A stretch of 32,000 nt of DNA from Candidatus Poseidoniaceae archaeon (GTDB lineage Archaea > Thermoplasmatota > Poseidoniia > Poseidoniales > Poseidoniaceae): positions 390,001 through 422,000 of the forward strand of contig CALSTM010000001.1 of the NCBI GenBank assembly GCA_943789275.1, written 5' to 3'. Within the stretch, counting starts at the first letter, position 1; every line of letters starts with the position of its first letter. The translations under genes were made by a program, and so were the position numbers. The notes below the pieces were generated by a model, which was given only the letters and a program-made list of their open reading frames with translations, had not been told where the DNA came from and made no database searches. This document shows positions 7,196 through 16,963 of this stretch, piece after piece.

Positions 7196-8671
7196 TTAAC
7201 CTTTGATGACTGCAAGTGGGTTAAGTCGCACGACTGGTCTGGCAAGACCCGCCTTTTGCGTGAGTTCAATGACATCATCGACGTTCTTGTAAGCCTCAGG
7301 TGCTTCTTCGGAGAGGACATTTGGCGTTGATGCATGAACACGTATCCCTCTTCCTTCAAGTTCGTTTTTCAATGCTTTACCATCGATTGTGTTCTTAGCC
7401 TTTGTTCGTGAAAGTGCTCTTCCAGCACCATGGCATGATGAGCCAAACGCCATGTTTTGACCCGTTTTTGGACCTGCCATGACCCAAGAGCCTGTACCCA
7501 TGTCGCCTGGAATCAAAACCGGTTGGCCGCTCGCCCGATGATGTTGGCCAATATCTGGACTGTCGCCGCTAAATGCCCGAGTAGCCCCTTTTCGATGAAC
7601 ACAGCAGGTGCATGGTTTTCCGTCTATTTCGTGGATTTCGACTTTCGCAATGTTGTGAGCAACATCATACAGCGTTCGTGCTTCCCCATCAACGCCAAGT
7701 TCGAGTCTGAGAACTTCCCTCAATCGATGAGCAAGCGCACTTCTGTTCGCAAAAGCAAAATTTGCTGCAGCATTCATGGCGTCGAAATACGATTGCCCTT
7801 CTTTCGAATGAAAAGGGGCTGCTGCGAGTTGTCGATCGGCGATTTCATATCCCCATTCTTGGTTGAACCATCCTTGGCCTTGTTGACTGTATTTTCGTTC
7901 AAGAAGGCGTACATGGTCACTGCAAACTTGATGACCAAGCCCTCGGGAGCCTGAATGAATCATGGCAACAAGTTGACCGTCGTACAAGCCCCATTGTTCT
8001 GCAGTGGCAGAATCAACCGTTTTTCCAACCGTTTGAAGCTCAAGGAAGTGATTACCACTTCCAAGCGTTCCCAGCGCACGAAGACCACGCTCTTTTGCTC
8101 TTGAAGAAAGTTCAGCATTGAGCGTTTCGAGTTGTCCTCCGGATTCCAGATGTCGTATGTCTTCATCAAACCCATATCCTAACTCAGCTGCAGCAGGAGC
8201 ACCACCCTGAATGAGTTGCTCAAGCTCATTCATCGTGATGTTCAGCCCACCTTTACCGGATGCACCGGCAGGAACTCTACCAGCAATGCGTCCAGCAAGT
8301 TTCTTGAGATTTGGAATGTCTTGAGCTGTCGCATCGAGTGCCAGCATTCGTACACCGCAATTGATGTCGAATCCAACGCCTCCAGGGGAGATCGCACCGC
8401 CTAAATCACCGTACTCGGTATCGGTGGCAACAACTCCGCCGATTGGAAGCCCGTATCCAAAATGCCAGTCGGCCATTCCCCATGCTTCACCAACAATTCC
8501 TGGCAAACTCGCTGCATTGACCAGTTGCTCTGGTCCTCGGTCATCAGCGTGCAACTGTAGGTGATTTTCATCGGTGACCAGACGAGCATCGACTTTCATC
8601 TTACCATGCGCTTTGATTCGCATGGTACCATCGCCTAATGACGAAAGATGTTGACGCCAATCATCGGCCAT
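7196..8671 (-). CDS. rtcB: RNA-splicing ligase RtcB (3'-phosphate/5'-hydroxyl RNA ligase)
   Basis: The ORF is full length (491 aa) and carries hallmark RtcB blocks: GVGFDINCGVR, GSGNHFLE, IHSGSRGLGHQ, PGDMGTGS and SSCHGAGR. No intein is evident. Confidence 0.95.
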   Translation of the reverse strand: MADDWRQHLSSLGDGTMRIKAHGKMKVDARLVTDENHLQLHADDRGPEQLVNAASLPGIVGEAWGMADWHFGYGLPIGGVVATDTEYGDLGGAISPGGVGFDINCGVRMLALDATAQDIPNLKKLAGRIAGRVPAGASGKGGLNITMNELEQLIQGGAPAAAELGYGFDEDIRHLESGGQLETLNAELSSRAKERGLRALGTLGSGNHFLELQTVGKTVDSATAEQWGLYDGQLVAMIHSGSRGLGHQVCSDHVRLLERKYSQQGQGWFNQEWGYEIADRQLAAAPFHSKEGQSYFDAMNAAANFAFANRSALAHRLREVLRLELGVDGEARTLYDVAHNIAKVEIHEIDGKPCTCCVHRKGATRAFSGDSPDIGQHHRASGQPVLIPGDMGTGSWVMAGPKTGQNMAFGSSCHGAGRALSRTKAKNTIDGKALKNELEGRGIRVHASTPNVLSEEAPEAYKNVDDVIELTQKAGLARPVVRLNPLAVIKG

Positions 8672-8788
8672 GGATATCGCTCGAGTAGTTCACCTTTGAG
8701 GATTGTTCTTTTTTCAAGAAATATTGACCCATAGGTTTCAAGGTGTATCGCTCGTTCGGAGGTTTGTTCCCTTGGGGAGTTGCGTCGT

Positions 8789-11638
8789 ATGGGATTACCA
8801 CCAATTGATTTGGCCGTGTTTCATAGCGAAGGCTATGTCCGTAAACAGTGCCGAATTACAGACCTCTGGTTTTGGACAACAGATGCGGAACGGGATACCT
8901 GTGGTGATACATCTGAAGATGAATACACCTTCATCGGAGAACCCCTCATTCCTGGCTTCCCAATGCGTGGTAAAGCTCTGAAAGATGCCATGCGTGAAGC
9001 ATTCTTATCGTTTTTCGAACAGGTTGGCCACACCCGTGTCGAACCGTATCCAGTTTTGGCAAGATGGCGCGATGACATTCATCTCACCATTGCCTCAATT
9101 GCCGATTTCCAGCCACATGTCACTTCTGGGCAAGTCGAACCCCCTGCCAACCCACTCACCATATCTCAACCGTGTATTCGACTCACAGACGTTGATGCTG
9201 TGGGCCGTTCAGGTCGACACTTGACCACCTTTGAAATGATGGCGCATCACGTCTTCAACCGACCGAATGATGGGAAAATGTACTATTGGATGGAAGAATG
9301 TGTTCAGTACTGTCATGACATGATGACGGTGACTTTTGGTATCCCTGCAAATGAGATTACTTATGTTGAAAACCCATGGTGCGGTGGTGGAAATGCCGGT
9401 GCTGCCGTCGAAGTCATTGTTGGGGGCCTTGAATTAGCAACCTTGGTTTTCATGAATTTAGAGGAACATCCTGACGGTGATGTGGAATTGAAAGGTGATC
9501 GTTACCGGGAGATGCCCCTGCAGATTATCGATACAGGTTACGGTCTTGAACGATTTTGTTGGGCTGCTGCAGGCACACCGACCATCTACGAGGCCATCTA
9601 CCCTGAGACCGTTTCTTGGCTCAAAGAGTTGTCTGGATTCTCAACGATTAGTTCTCAATGGCCTGAACTCGATTTGGATGCGTTGCTTGGGGAAATGAGT
9701 CGGCTGAACGGGATTATGAACATTGAACCCGGTGTTGATGCTGAAGAACTTCGGTCGATTTTCCTGCGTAGACTTGGCGAGCGGGGCATTACAGTCACCC
9801 CAAAACAATTGACGGCAATCACAGAACCACTTGCGAAAATCTATGCCATTCCAGACCACTTACATGCTTTGTCAAACATGCTTGGAGATGGTTTGGTTCC
9901 GTCAAACTCAAAGGCAGGTTATCTTGCAAGGATGTTAGCTCGTAGAACACTCCGTCTCCGTGATGAACTTGGCATTACCGTTCCACTTTCCGAACTTGCC
10001 CAGCATCATATCGGTGTAAATCTTGACGGACAATCAATGAAACAAACTCATGATGGCCTGCTCGGTATTCTTCGACTTGAAGAGGAGCGCTACGGAGAAA
10101 TGATTCGCAAAGGCGGAAACGTCATTGTCACCCAATTGAAAGGTTTACCAAAAGACGCTGATACAGTCCCTGATGAAACACTCTTTCATCTGAACGACTC
10201 GCACGGGCTCGCACCGGATATGGTCGTGGCTCTGGGCCAAAACGCAGGTTGGAAGAATCTTCAAATCCGTACCGGTTTCGCTGCAGAAATGGCAGAACGA
10301 CACGCTCGAATTGCCAAACAGGCAGCACAAGCAGTCGAACAGAAGCCACTGGTTGAAAGTCTACCTCAGTTGCCTGCTTCAGTTGCCTTGTATTACAACG
10401 ATGTTCAACAACGTGAATTCGACGCGAGCGTACTTGCCAGTCTCCCTTTGGTTGGTGAGGATATACCTGAAGGTGCAACACATGCAATCATCCTCGACAA
10501 ATCTTGTTTTTATCCGGAAGGCGGTGGGCAAGAAGGTGATTATGGGCTACTGTCGACCGACTCAAAACATCTGCAGGTTCTCGATACACGAAAGGTTGGA
10601 GAATACATACTTCATCTGGTTGACGGTACATTCGAAACCGGTGACTTGGTTCATGGCAGTTTAGATTGGAATCGAAGGAAGCAACTCATGGACCACCATA
10701 CTGCTGTTCATATCGTCGGTGGAGCGGCTCGGCGGGTTCTTGGCCCTCACATCTACCAGGCTGGTGCAAACAAATCTGTGGAATCTGGACGCTTGGACAT
10801 TACCCACTTCAACCGACTAACGCGTGAAGATTTGGACGCCATTGAATCGATTGCTAACGAAGTACTTGTACAAGTTCAGCGAACCGAAAAGACCGAATTG
10901 AATCGGAAAGACGCTGATAAAAAATACGGCTTTGATTTGTATCAAGGTGGTGCCCCGAAAGGGAACTCGATTCGGGTTTTACGTATTGCTGACCATGACA
11001 TTCAGGCTTGCGGCGGTACACACCATGATGAGCCAGGTCAAATCGGTTCCATTCGAATCGTGCGTTCTGCCGCTGTTCAAGACGGTGTTGAACGGCTTCA
11101 CATTGTTGCCGGGCAAGCCGCTCTAAACTATGCTCGAAATCAAGACGAACTGCTTCGAAAAGCGAGCGAGGTCTATGGGATTCCAACACAGGATCTACCG
11201 AAAACGACTGAACGGTTTTATACCGAATGGAAAGAACAACGAAAAGTAATCGAACAACTTGAAGCAGAAATTGTACGCCTCCGGACATCCGGCGGAGGGA
11301 CAGACTCTTCTGAGATTGACGGTGTTCGGATTGCGATTATGGAAGTCACTGGTGATTTGAAGAAGATGACAAAAATGCTCAAAGAACTCACACTCGATGC
11401 CGATCAACCTACCCTTGCCGTTCTCGGCTCGAGAGAAGGCGGTGGTAAATTGATGATTGCAGTTACTGAGGGCACGGCTGCGAGTGAGCGATACGACGCT
11501 GTTGCTCTGCTTCGAATTATATCTCCGCACATCAAAGGCGGAGGTGGTGGACGTCCGACTCTGGCACAGGGTGGTGGCTCATTCCCAGACGGTCTCGATG
11601 ATGCTCTTGCCGCTGCTCGCAGCGAAGTTGGATTGTAA
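8789..11638 (+). CDS. alaS: alanine--tRNA ligase (archaeal type)
   Basis: It has the archaeal N-terminal layout (GYVRKQC...FWT...CGD; FFEQVGHTRVEPYPVLARWRDDIHLTIASIADFQP). It also has the editing/second-additional-domain HxxxH/CGGTH motifs (HHTAVH, QACGGTHH) and a C-terminal DHHA1-like GGGGGRPTLAQGGG. ATG at 8789 is preceded by GGGGAG 8 nt upstream; the track's 8780 is a TTG. Confidence 0.95.
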   Translation: MGLPPIDLAVFHSEGYVRKQCRITDLWFWTTDAERDTCGDTSEDEYTFIGEPLIPGFPMRGKALKDAMREAFLSFFEQVGHTRVEPYPVLARWRDDIHLTIASIADFQPHVTSGQVEPPANPLTISQPCIRLTDVDAVGRSGRHLTTFEMMAHHVFNRPNDGKMYYWMEECVQYCHDMMTVTFGIPANEITYVENPWCGGGNAGAAVEVIVGGLELATLVFMNLEEHPDGDVELKGDRYREMPLQIIDTGYGLERFCWAAAGTPTIYEAIYPETVSWLKELSGFSTISSQWPELDLDALLGEMSRLNGIMNIEPGVDAEELRSIFLRRLGERGITVTPKQLTAITEPLAKIYAIPDHLHALSNMLGDGLVPSNSKAGYLARMLARRTLRLRDELGITVPLSELAQHHIGVNLDGQSMKQTHDGLLGILRLEEERYGEMIRKGGNVIVTQLKGLPKDADTVPDETLFHLNDSHGLAPDMVVALGQNAGWKNLQIRTGFAAEMAERHARIAKQAAQAVEQKPLVESLPQLPASVALYYNDVQQREFDASVLASLPLVGEDIPEGATHAIILDKSCFYPEGGGQEGDYGLLSTDSKHLQVLDTRKVGEYILHLVDGTFETGDLVHGSLDWNRRKQLMDHHTAVHIVGGAARRVLGPHIYQAGANKSVESGRLDITHFNRLTREDLDAIESIANEVLVQVQRTEKTELNRKDADKKYGFDLYQGGAPKGNSIRVLRIADHDIQACGGTHHDEPGQIGSIRIVRSAAVQDGVERLHIVAGQAALNYARNQDELLRKASEVYGIPTQDLPKTTERFYTEWKEQRKVIEQLEAEIVRLRTSGGGTDSSEIDGVRIAIMEVTGDLKKMTKMLKELTLDADQPTLAVLGSREGGGKLMIAVTEGTAASERYDAVALLRIISPHIKGGGGGRPTLAQGGGSFPDGLDDALAAARSEVGL

Positions 11639-12355
11639 TTACAGGGTTTTTAGTGCTTCAACATCGAAGTACGAAACTGCCACATTTTGAGCATCGTCTT
11701 TTGTAAACCACTTTACTTCGGCAATTTCTTCAGTCTGCAGTTTAAGATGAGTGATGTCACCATTCCATAGCGAACGGTAGGTGAAGGAGACAAATGAAAT
11801 TCCATCGTCGGTGAATATTTTTTGTGTAACAATTGGTTCTTTCGACTCCAAAGTAATTTCAAGGCCAATCTCTTCCAAAGTTTCGCGTACACATCCTGTG
11901 CTCGGGTGTTCATCGTGGTCCATATATCCCCCAGGTAGCGTCCAAAAACCTCGAAAATGGCCTCGTTCCACTTTGCCAAGCAAGACTTCATCGTTGTCGT
12001 TGCAAATCATGACTTTGGATACAAGCCTGTGTATCGAACGGTAGATCGCTTCCCTTGCAACAGGGTGTACGGCGTTGTCTGCAATCATTTCATCCTTCCA
12101 GGCCCAATTTTTCGGCCAGTCAATTTTTGGGTATCCCTTGAGTATTCTGTACACCATCGTCCCAAAAACCACTCGAGTTTCACGCAAATGTTTCCACTCA
12201 ATGTTCATTGCAGTTACTTCTTCTTGAGTGGGCAGACGCAATTGATTTGAGTTCTCTTGCCTTCCTTGAATCGGCTGTTGTGGACCTTCTCCGTGTTCAT
12301 TGACCAACAGTACTTTTCCGTCGTGTTCCAAATGGACAACTTCGACGGGATGCAT
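11639..12355 (-). CDS. Nudix hydrolase with an N-terminal extension of about 115 aa
   Basis: The Nudix box GX5EX7REUXEEXGU is present as GGYMDHDEHPSTGCVRETLEEIGLEI. ATG at 12355. I recognise no motif in the N-terminal region. Confidence 0.8.
   Translation of the reverse strand: MHPVEVVHLEHDGKVLLVNEHGEGPQQPIQGRQENSNQLRLPTQEEVTAMNIEWKHLRETRVVFGTMVYRILKGYPKIDWPKNWAWKDEMIADNAVHPVAREAIYRSIHRLVSKVMICNDNDEVLLGKVERGHFRGFWTLPGGYMDHDEHPSTGCVRETLEEIGLEITLESKEPIVTQKIFTDDGISFVSFTYRSLWNGDITHLKLQTEEIAEVKWFTKDDAQNVAVSYFDVEALKTL
11647..11651 (+). terminator. T5 tract 8 nt downstream of the alaS stop
   Basis: GGTTTTTAG lies directly after TAA (11636-11638). It sits inside the last codons (CTA AAA ACC) of the convergent Nudix gene. 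Confidence 0.3.
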
Positions 12356-12447
12356 ACCTGTGCGTTTCTCTCATGTTTGATGAATCCTCGTATGGCAGGT
12401 CGATCTCATTGGGTATTCTTCAAGTACGACCGCTCAACCGGTTAAGC

Positions 12448-13158
12448 ATGCACTTCGAACAATTGAACCAAAGTGGATGGGCTCAAACGTATCTCTTGGT
12501 GGACACAGAATCAAAGAAGGCTGCCCTCATTGACCCTGTTTACGACTTTATGGATGAATATCTGAATGTACTTGAAGAAAGGGACCTCAACCTTGATTTT
12601 GCAGTTGCTACGCACACGCATGCAGACCACATTACTGCATGCTACTCACTGCGTGAATTGACCGGTTGTGAATACGCTATGTGGAAGGACACTGCTTGTC
12701 TTGGCGTCTCGCATTATTTGAACGAAGACGAGCAACTTATGATCGGTTCTTTGTCGGTCAAGGTGCATCATGTTCCCGGCCATACAAACGACCACATTTT
12801 ACTCGAAACTCCAACACACTTGCTGACCGGAGATTTCCTGTTCACCGGCGAAGGTGGAGCCGGACGGGATGATTTACCCAGCGGCCGAGTGGATGAACAT
12901 TGGCGCTCTCTCCAGAAACTTGATTCACTTCACGGCAACCTCATCGTTTGCACAGGACATGAACCGCCCGGTACGGAGATGAAATCACTGGATTGGAACC
13001 GAGAGCATAATCCTGTATTGCAAATGAGTTCGTATGAGGAATACCATGCCTGGCAAGCAAAGGTTACTGCAGGACTCGGTTCTGTTTCCAAAATTAAGAC
13101 GGCCCTTCCTGCTAATATTTTTGCGGAAATCCCGGACCATATTCCTTGGATGAATTAG
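12448..13158 (+). CDS. MBL-fold metallo-hydrolase (glyoxalase II / ETHE1-like)
   Basis: It has the HxHxDH motif (ATHTHADHI), a later HVPGHT, and TGD and TGHE blocks. I prefer ATG 12448 (MHFEQL...). It leaves a 92-nt divergent spacer, whereas the upstream alternative start at 12373 leaves only 17 nt. Confidence 0.8.
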   Translation: MHFEQLNQSGWAQTYLLVDTESKKAALIDPVYDFMDEYLNVLEERDLNLDFAVATHTHADHITACYSLRELTGCEYAMWKDTACLGVSHYLNEDEQLMIGSLSVKVHHVPGHTNDHILLETPTHLLTGDFLFTGEGGAGRDDLPSGRVDEHWRSLQKLDSLHGNLIVCTGHEPPGTEMKSLDWNREHNPVLQMSSYEEYHAWQAKVTAGLGSVSKIKTALPANIFAEIPDHIPWMN

Positions 13159-13199
13159 ACACATCGCATGCGAAGGCATTAGTAGAGGCGTTCATACCC

Positions 13200-15725
13200 A
13201 TGACCATGCACCTCCGGTCTGCTCGCAGTCTCTTGGTCGTCTGTGCCCTACAACTGCTCTTGATTGGGGTATCAGCAGCACCTCTTGCAGACACACTCAA
13301 TCCTATCGGTGATTTTGAACGTATGGATGCAGCCTTAGAACATGAACTCAATACTGTTGCTGATGAGACCACATTGTCGGTCATCTTTCAATTGAACTCC
13401 GAGGTTCAAACGGTAGACCGAACAGAACTTGAGAATTATGGGGCTGAAGTTTTGGGGGATGCTCCACTCATTGATGGTGGATTGATTGAAGCCACTGCAT
13501 CACAAATACGTACAATCAGTCAATGGGAACGTGTCGAATACTTAGAACTCAACAGAGAGTTGGAATTTTTCTACTTACCTACAGAATTTGGTGGTGACCC
13601 CATCGATGATGCTGGCATTATGATGCATGAAACAACGCATGTTGTCAATGCCACGACTTCATGGCACCGTGCAATCATTAACACCGACGGGACGGTTGCG
13701 TTCGAAACAGACCTCGCTTTCACTGAGTGGGACGGCGATGGAACTGCGATTGTTGACCTGGATACCGGTGTTGATGCTGGGCATCCCGATTATGATTACC
13801 TACAACCTTGGTCCGGAGAAAAGACGCTCTATTCGGCAAAGTGGGACGGCGTGTGGACTGAAACTCGTAATTCAGACACCTCGTCGGGTCACGGGACTCA
13901 CGTTGGTGGAACAATTGCCGGTAACGGTGATGCTTCTGCAGGTCGCCGAGCTGGTGTGGCGAAGGGCGGTCAGTTGGTCGCACTTGGCACCGGAGACGGA
14001 GCCTCGATTTTTGCTGCTGAACAAGGACTTGAATGGACGTACCAACATTCCATTCCTGGTCAAAACGAATACCACATTCGGGTTGTTTCGAACTCGTGGG
14101 GTACCGATGGGGATTATGATCCAAACGGGGCGGTTGCTCAACTCACTGAGATGCTGACCTATGACCATGGTGTTGCAGTTATCTTCGCAGCATCGAATTC
14201 TGGCGGAAACGGAGGCGAATGCGCTGGCGGTTTGAAAACCAATGTTTACGCAAATACTCCCTCGGCAATCTCTGTTGCTGCTCTCACACATGACGGAACT
14301 GCAGTGACTTCCTTTTCCTCTCGTGGTTGTATGAACCAAATGCACACATGGCCTGATGTCGGCGCACCAGGCCGTGATATTTGGGCTACAGCTCCCCGTG
14401 GAACTGCCATCGACGCTTCGACAAAACTCCAAGGTGACTTGTATTACATGGCGATTTCAGGCACCAGCATGGCTACACCACACGTTGGTGGCATTGCTGG
14501 GCTTTTGCTCGATGCAGCCCCTTCATTGGGCGTAGCCGATTACCATCGAGATGACCATGATGAAGGCGCTTCTTTGGTTGGTGGTGATGGTTCTGCCGCA
14601 TACGGCCAATTTGATGACTGGGATTCCGCTAATTTTTCTCGTGTTCACGAATTGGAACTAATTCTTGAACTGACAGCGCGGTATGACGGCATGGCAAATT
14701 CATGTGAGGCCGGCAACGATGATGATGGATGCAACGACATTCCATCGGAATGTTATCGCAGTGCAACGGGTCAATGCCACGACTGGCGGGTCGGGCATGG
14801 TCTGACCAATACCGACAAGGCAGTCGCTCTTGCTCGAACTCTACAGCTGATGCGTGACCAGAACGACGATGGAATCGTGGACCATCCCGAATACACCGTT
14901 TGGGATGCGTATGACATTTACACCTCGCTCATGACCGTTGAAACAATTCCAGTTGACACAGACCGTGTTCGACATTCATGGAAGGGTGATTGGAATCACT
15001 TTAACAACGGAGCAAGCGGTGCTGTTTACTACACTGAGGACTCGCACTACGTTTGGATTCCCAACGGTACCAACAATCTACTCGCATACTTCACACCAAC
15101 CGAAGTTGACGTTGAGACAGCCCAAGTAGGAAGTCTGCAAATGGAAATCGACCTTGCCGAGGACGGCTCCAACGATGCGCAAGGTGCTGGGACTCGTGTT
15201 GCTGATACTTGGATTTACGATTTGGATGTTGGCCCTGAACATTGGAATACATGGGCACACTTTGACATCACCGGGCAGGCAGCAGCGTTCCTTGGGTTGT
15301 TTGAAGACCCCGAATTCTTCGAAGCGAGTATTCCTTACACAGTCGATGTAGCACTGACACTCGACTTGTCGTCGCCAGTCGATATTACGATTCCTCAGCG
15401 TCCAGACTTTTACTCCGATCTCGACCCAACGACACCTTCTGACGCTTGGGATGATTCCTTCAAGGGGCAGTTAACGTTCACACGAGAAGCATACAATCAA
15501 TCTGCTTTGATGAATGAAGTTCTTCCGAAGGTCACATCTTCGGATGACTCTGAAGGATTCTTTTCGGATTTGGGTAGTGTCCTTTCTGAACACTCTGGGT
15601 TTGCAGCATTCCTTGGACTGCTCTTCCTTCTGTGCGGCCTTGGTGCCGGTTACACATTGTACAACATGAATCCAAGCAGAAGCGACCAAGAAGTAATCGA
15701 TGCGATGATTGAATCTGAATCATAG
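13200..15725 (+). CDS. large secreted S8 subtilisin-like protease with a C-terminal transmembrane anchor
   Basis: The signal peptide from ATG 13200 is MTMHLRSARSLLVVCALQLLLIGVSAAPLA. Catalytic contexts are IVDLDTGVDAGHPD, SGHGTHVGGTIAG, VSNSWG and SGTSMATPHVGG. A C-terminal hydrophobic helix (FAAFLGLLFLLCGLGAGYTLY) is followed by an acidic tail. The track start 13146 is a TTG overlapping the previous gene. Confidence 0.85.
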   Translation: MTMHLRSARSLLVVCALQLLLIGVSAAPLADTLNPIGDFERMDAALEHELNTVADETTLSVIFQLNSEVQTVDRTELENYGAEVLGDAPLIDGGLIEATASQIRTISQWERVEYLELNRELEFFYLPTEFGGDPIDDAGIMMHETTHVVNATTSWHRAIINTDGTVAFETDLAFTEWDGDGTAIVDLDTGVDAGHPDYDYLQPWSGEKTLYSAKWDGVWTETRNSDTSSGHGTHVGGTIAGNGDASAGRRAGVAKGGQLVALGTGDGASIFAAEQGLEWTYQHSIPGQNEYHIRVVSNSWGTDGDYDPNGAVAQLTEMLTYDHGVAVIFAASNSGGNGGECAGGLKTNVYANTPSAISVAALTHDGTAVTSFSSRGCMNQMHTWPDVGAPGRDIWATAPRGTAIDASTKLQGDLYYMAISGTSMATPHVGGIAGLLLDAAPSLGVADYHRDDHDEGASLVGGDGSAAYGQFDDWDSANFSRVHELELILELTARYDGMANSCEAGNDDDGCNDIPSECYRSATGQCHDWRVGHGLTNTDKAVALARTLQLMRDQNDDGIVDHPEYTVWDAYDIYTSLMTVETIPVDTDRVRHSWKGDWNHFNNGASGAVYYTEDSHYVWIPNGTNNLLAYFTPTEVDVETAQVGSLQMEIDLAEDGSNDAQGAGTRVADTWIYDLDVGPEHWNTWAHFDITGQAAAFLGLFEDPEFFEASIPYTVDVALTLDLSSPVDITIPQRPDFYSDLDPTTPSDAWDDSFKGQLTFTREAYNQSALMNEVLPKVTSSDDSEGFFSDLGSVLSEHSGFAAFLGLLFLLCGLGAGYTLYNMNPSRSDQEVIDAMIESES

Positions 15726-16874
15726 AGGGTTTTCAGGGATTTTCCCCCTGTGCTCGCTTGAAGGTAGTTCCTGTAGGTCAGCGAAACTCAATTGCTCGAT
15801 TGGTGCGTTGGTCAACCCACTCATTCGCTCTTTCATCACCATCCGTACGTGAAATTCTATTCTTCCTTTCGAGCGTGTCAAGTCGTACGACAACGGGTTG
15901 AGCGTTTGAATAACTTGATTACCAAATTCGTCTCGAATTTGAGAACCTCGCCATATTGAGTACCCCCATCTGAACGCAATACCAACAATCGCAGCTCCAT
16001 AAAGCAGGCCAAGAACGGTGACTGCGAAGAGAACAGCATTACCGTCTCTTGCTTCATCCAAGAGGTTCCTCACGATGAGGAACAGTAGACCAATTCCTAC
16101 CAATGGTTTGAGGATACTCTCAAGCCATTGGTCAACCGGAACTAACCGGCCTTTGGATGGGTCGACGAATACAAGGTCCGATTCAAACGCAGCATTGAGT
16201 ACTCCAAGGGCACCAAGCAATACAATGTACAGCAGAGAAGAAAATATAATTTCGATTCCCCATGATTCGAAATTAAACGTCCAATGAACAATCAGCCATG
16301 CAAATAATCCGAGGAAGGCTCCCTGTGGGACGTGATTAAAGTGGATGACATGTTGAGAAAATTCGTTCATTTTTGCCTTGTCTTCCGATAATCCTCTGTG
16401 GGGTTTGGGTATGTGAATAATTTGCCAGTGCATCAAACGTTCCATGGACTTGAGGGCCCTTACCAGTACTTCTTTTCGAATAAAGATGTATTCGATGACC
16501 AACAATACTGGGAACCCGATGAGAATTACCGGTAAGGCCATTATGGCGGCAAGCGGGAAAATCAGAATAGCTGGAAGCAGTAAGAAATGAGATACGGTGA
16601 GTGGATGGAACAAATCAGCTTCAATCAAACGTTGATGATTGGGTCGTATGTGGAGGCTTCGTGCTATGTCGTCAAGCGTCGCTCTGAATGGAGCTACTTG
16701 CCTTCCTGCATCAATGATTTGCAAAACAGTGTTTCGATACTGCGATGCTTCATGACCAACACCGATGAAAAACCTCCAGCCAATTCTCATTGGTAATGCC
16801 AAGAGTAATGGGATTGACAGCAATCCTGCCGCCCAAATCAATGCGTTGGTATCGATTGTCGCCATCGTCCTCAT
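15720..16874 (-). CDS. polytopic membrane protein, function unknown
   Basis: The long ORF has at least six hydrophobic segments, for example FLLLPAILIFPLAAIMALPVILIGFPVLLVIEYIF and LLYIVLLGALGVLNAAF. The start is set at ATG 16874 (MRTMATID...). The track's 16901 is a TTG, and ATG 16865 is also possible. The 3' end overlaps the protease gene by 6 nt (TCATAG). Confidence 0.6.
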   Translation of the reverse strand: MRTMATIDTNALIWAAGLLSIPLLLALPMRIGWRFFIGVGHEASQYRNTVLQIIDAGRQVAPFRATLDDIARSLHIRPNHQRLIEADLFHPLTVSHFLLLPAILIFPLAAIMALPVILIGFPVLLVIEYIFIRKEVLVRALKSMERLMHWQIIHIPKPHRGLSEDKAKMNEFSQHVIHFNHVPQGAFLGLFAWLIVHWTFNFESWGIEIIFSSLLYIVLLGALGVLNAAFESDLVFVDPSKGRLVPVDQWLESILKPLVGIGLLFLIVRNLLDEARDGNAVLFAVTVLGLLYGAAIVGIAFRWGYSIWRGSQIRDEFGNQVIQTLNPLSYDLTRSKGRIEFHVRMVMKERMSGLTNAPIEQLSFADLQELPSSEHRGKIPENPL

Positions 16875-16963
16875 TTCGCCCAATCGCTGCGAGCGTTTCA
16901 ATCATAGGGTTCAGCCATTGCCCAAGGCATAGATTGATGTCCCTTATGCAAAAGCCTAGGGGT

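Noticed and set aside
15570-15725. PGF-CTERM/archaeosortase sorting signal on the large subtilase (SGF followed by a hydrophobic helix)
   Set aside because: The motif is SGF, not PGF. The helix is followed by a 24-residue acidic tail rather than a short basic stub, and there is no preceding Thr/Ser-rich linker. A plain C-terminal TM anchor is the simpler reading.
16790-16963. Upstream extensions of track ORFs: serA from 16790, EVE from 25007, valS to 21972, exporter from 21973, AlaAT from 25653, protease from 13146, sufS to 5358, membrane protein to 16901, alaS from 8780
   Set aside because: Most of these extended starts are TTG (GTG for the 26928 ORF) rather than ATG. The valS, EVE, serA and AlaAT extensions do begin at upstream in-frame ATGs. 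The extensions overlap neighbouring genes or encode implausible Cys/Trp/His-rich peptides. Downstream ATGs coincide with the expected family N-termini and often have GGAGG/GGTGA-like sequences upstream.
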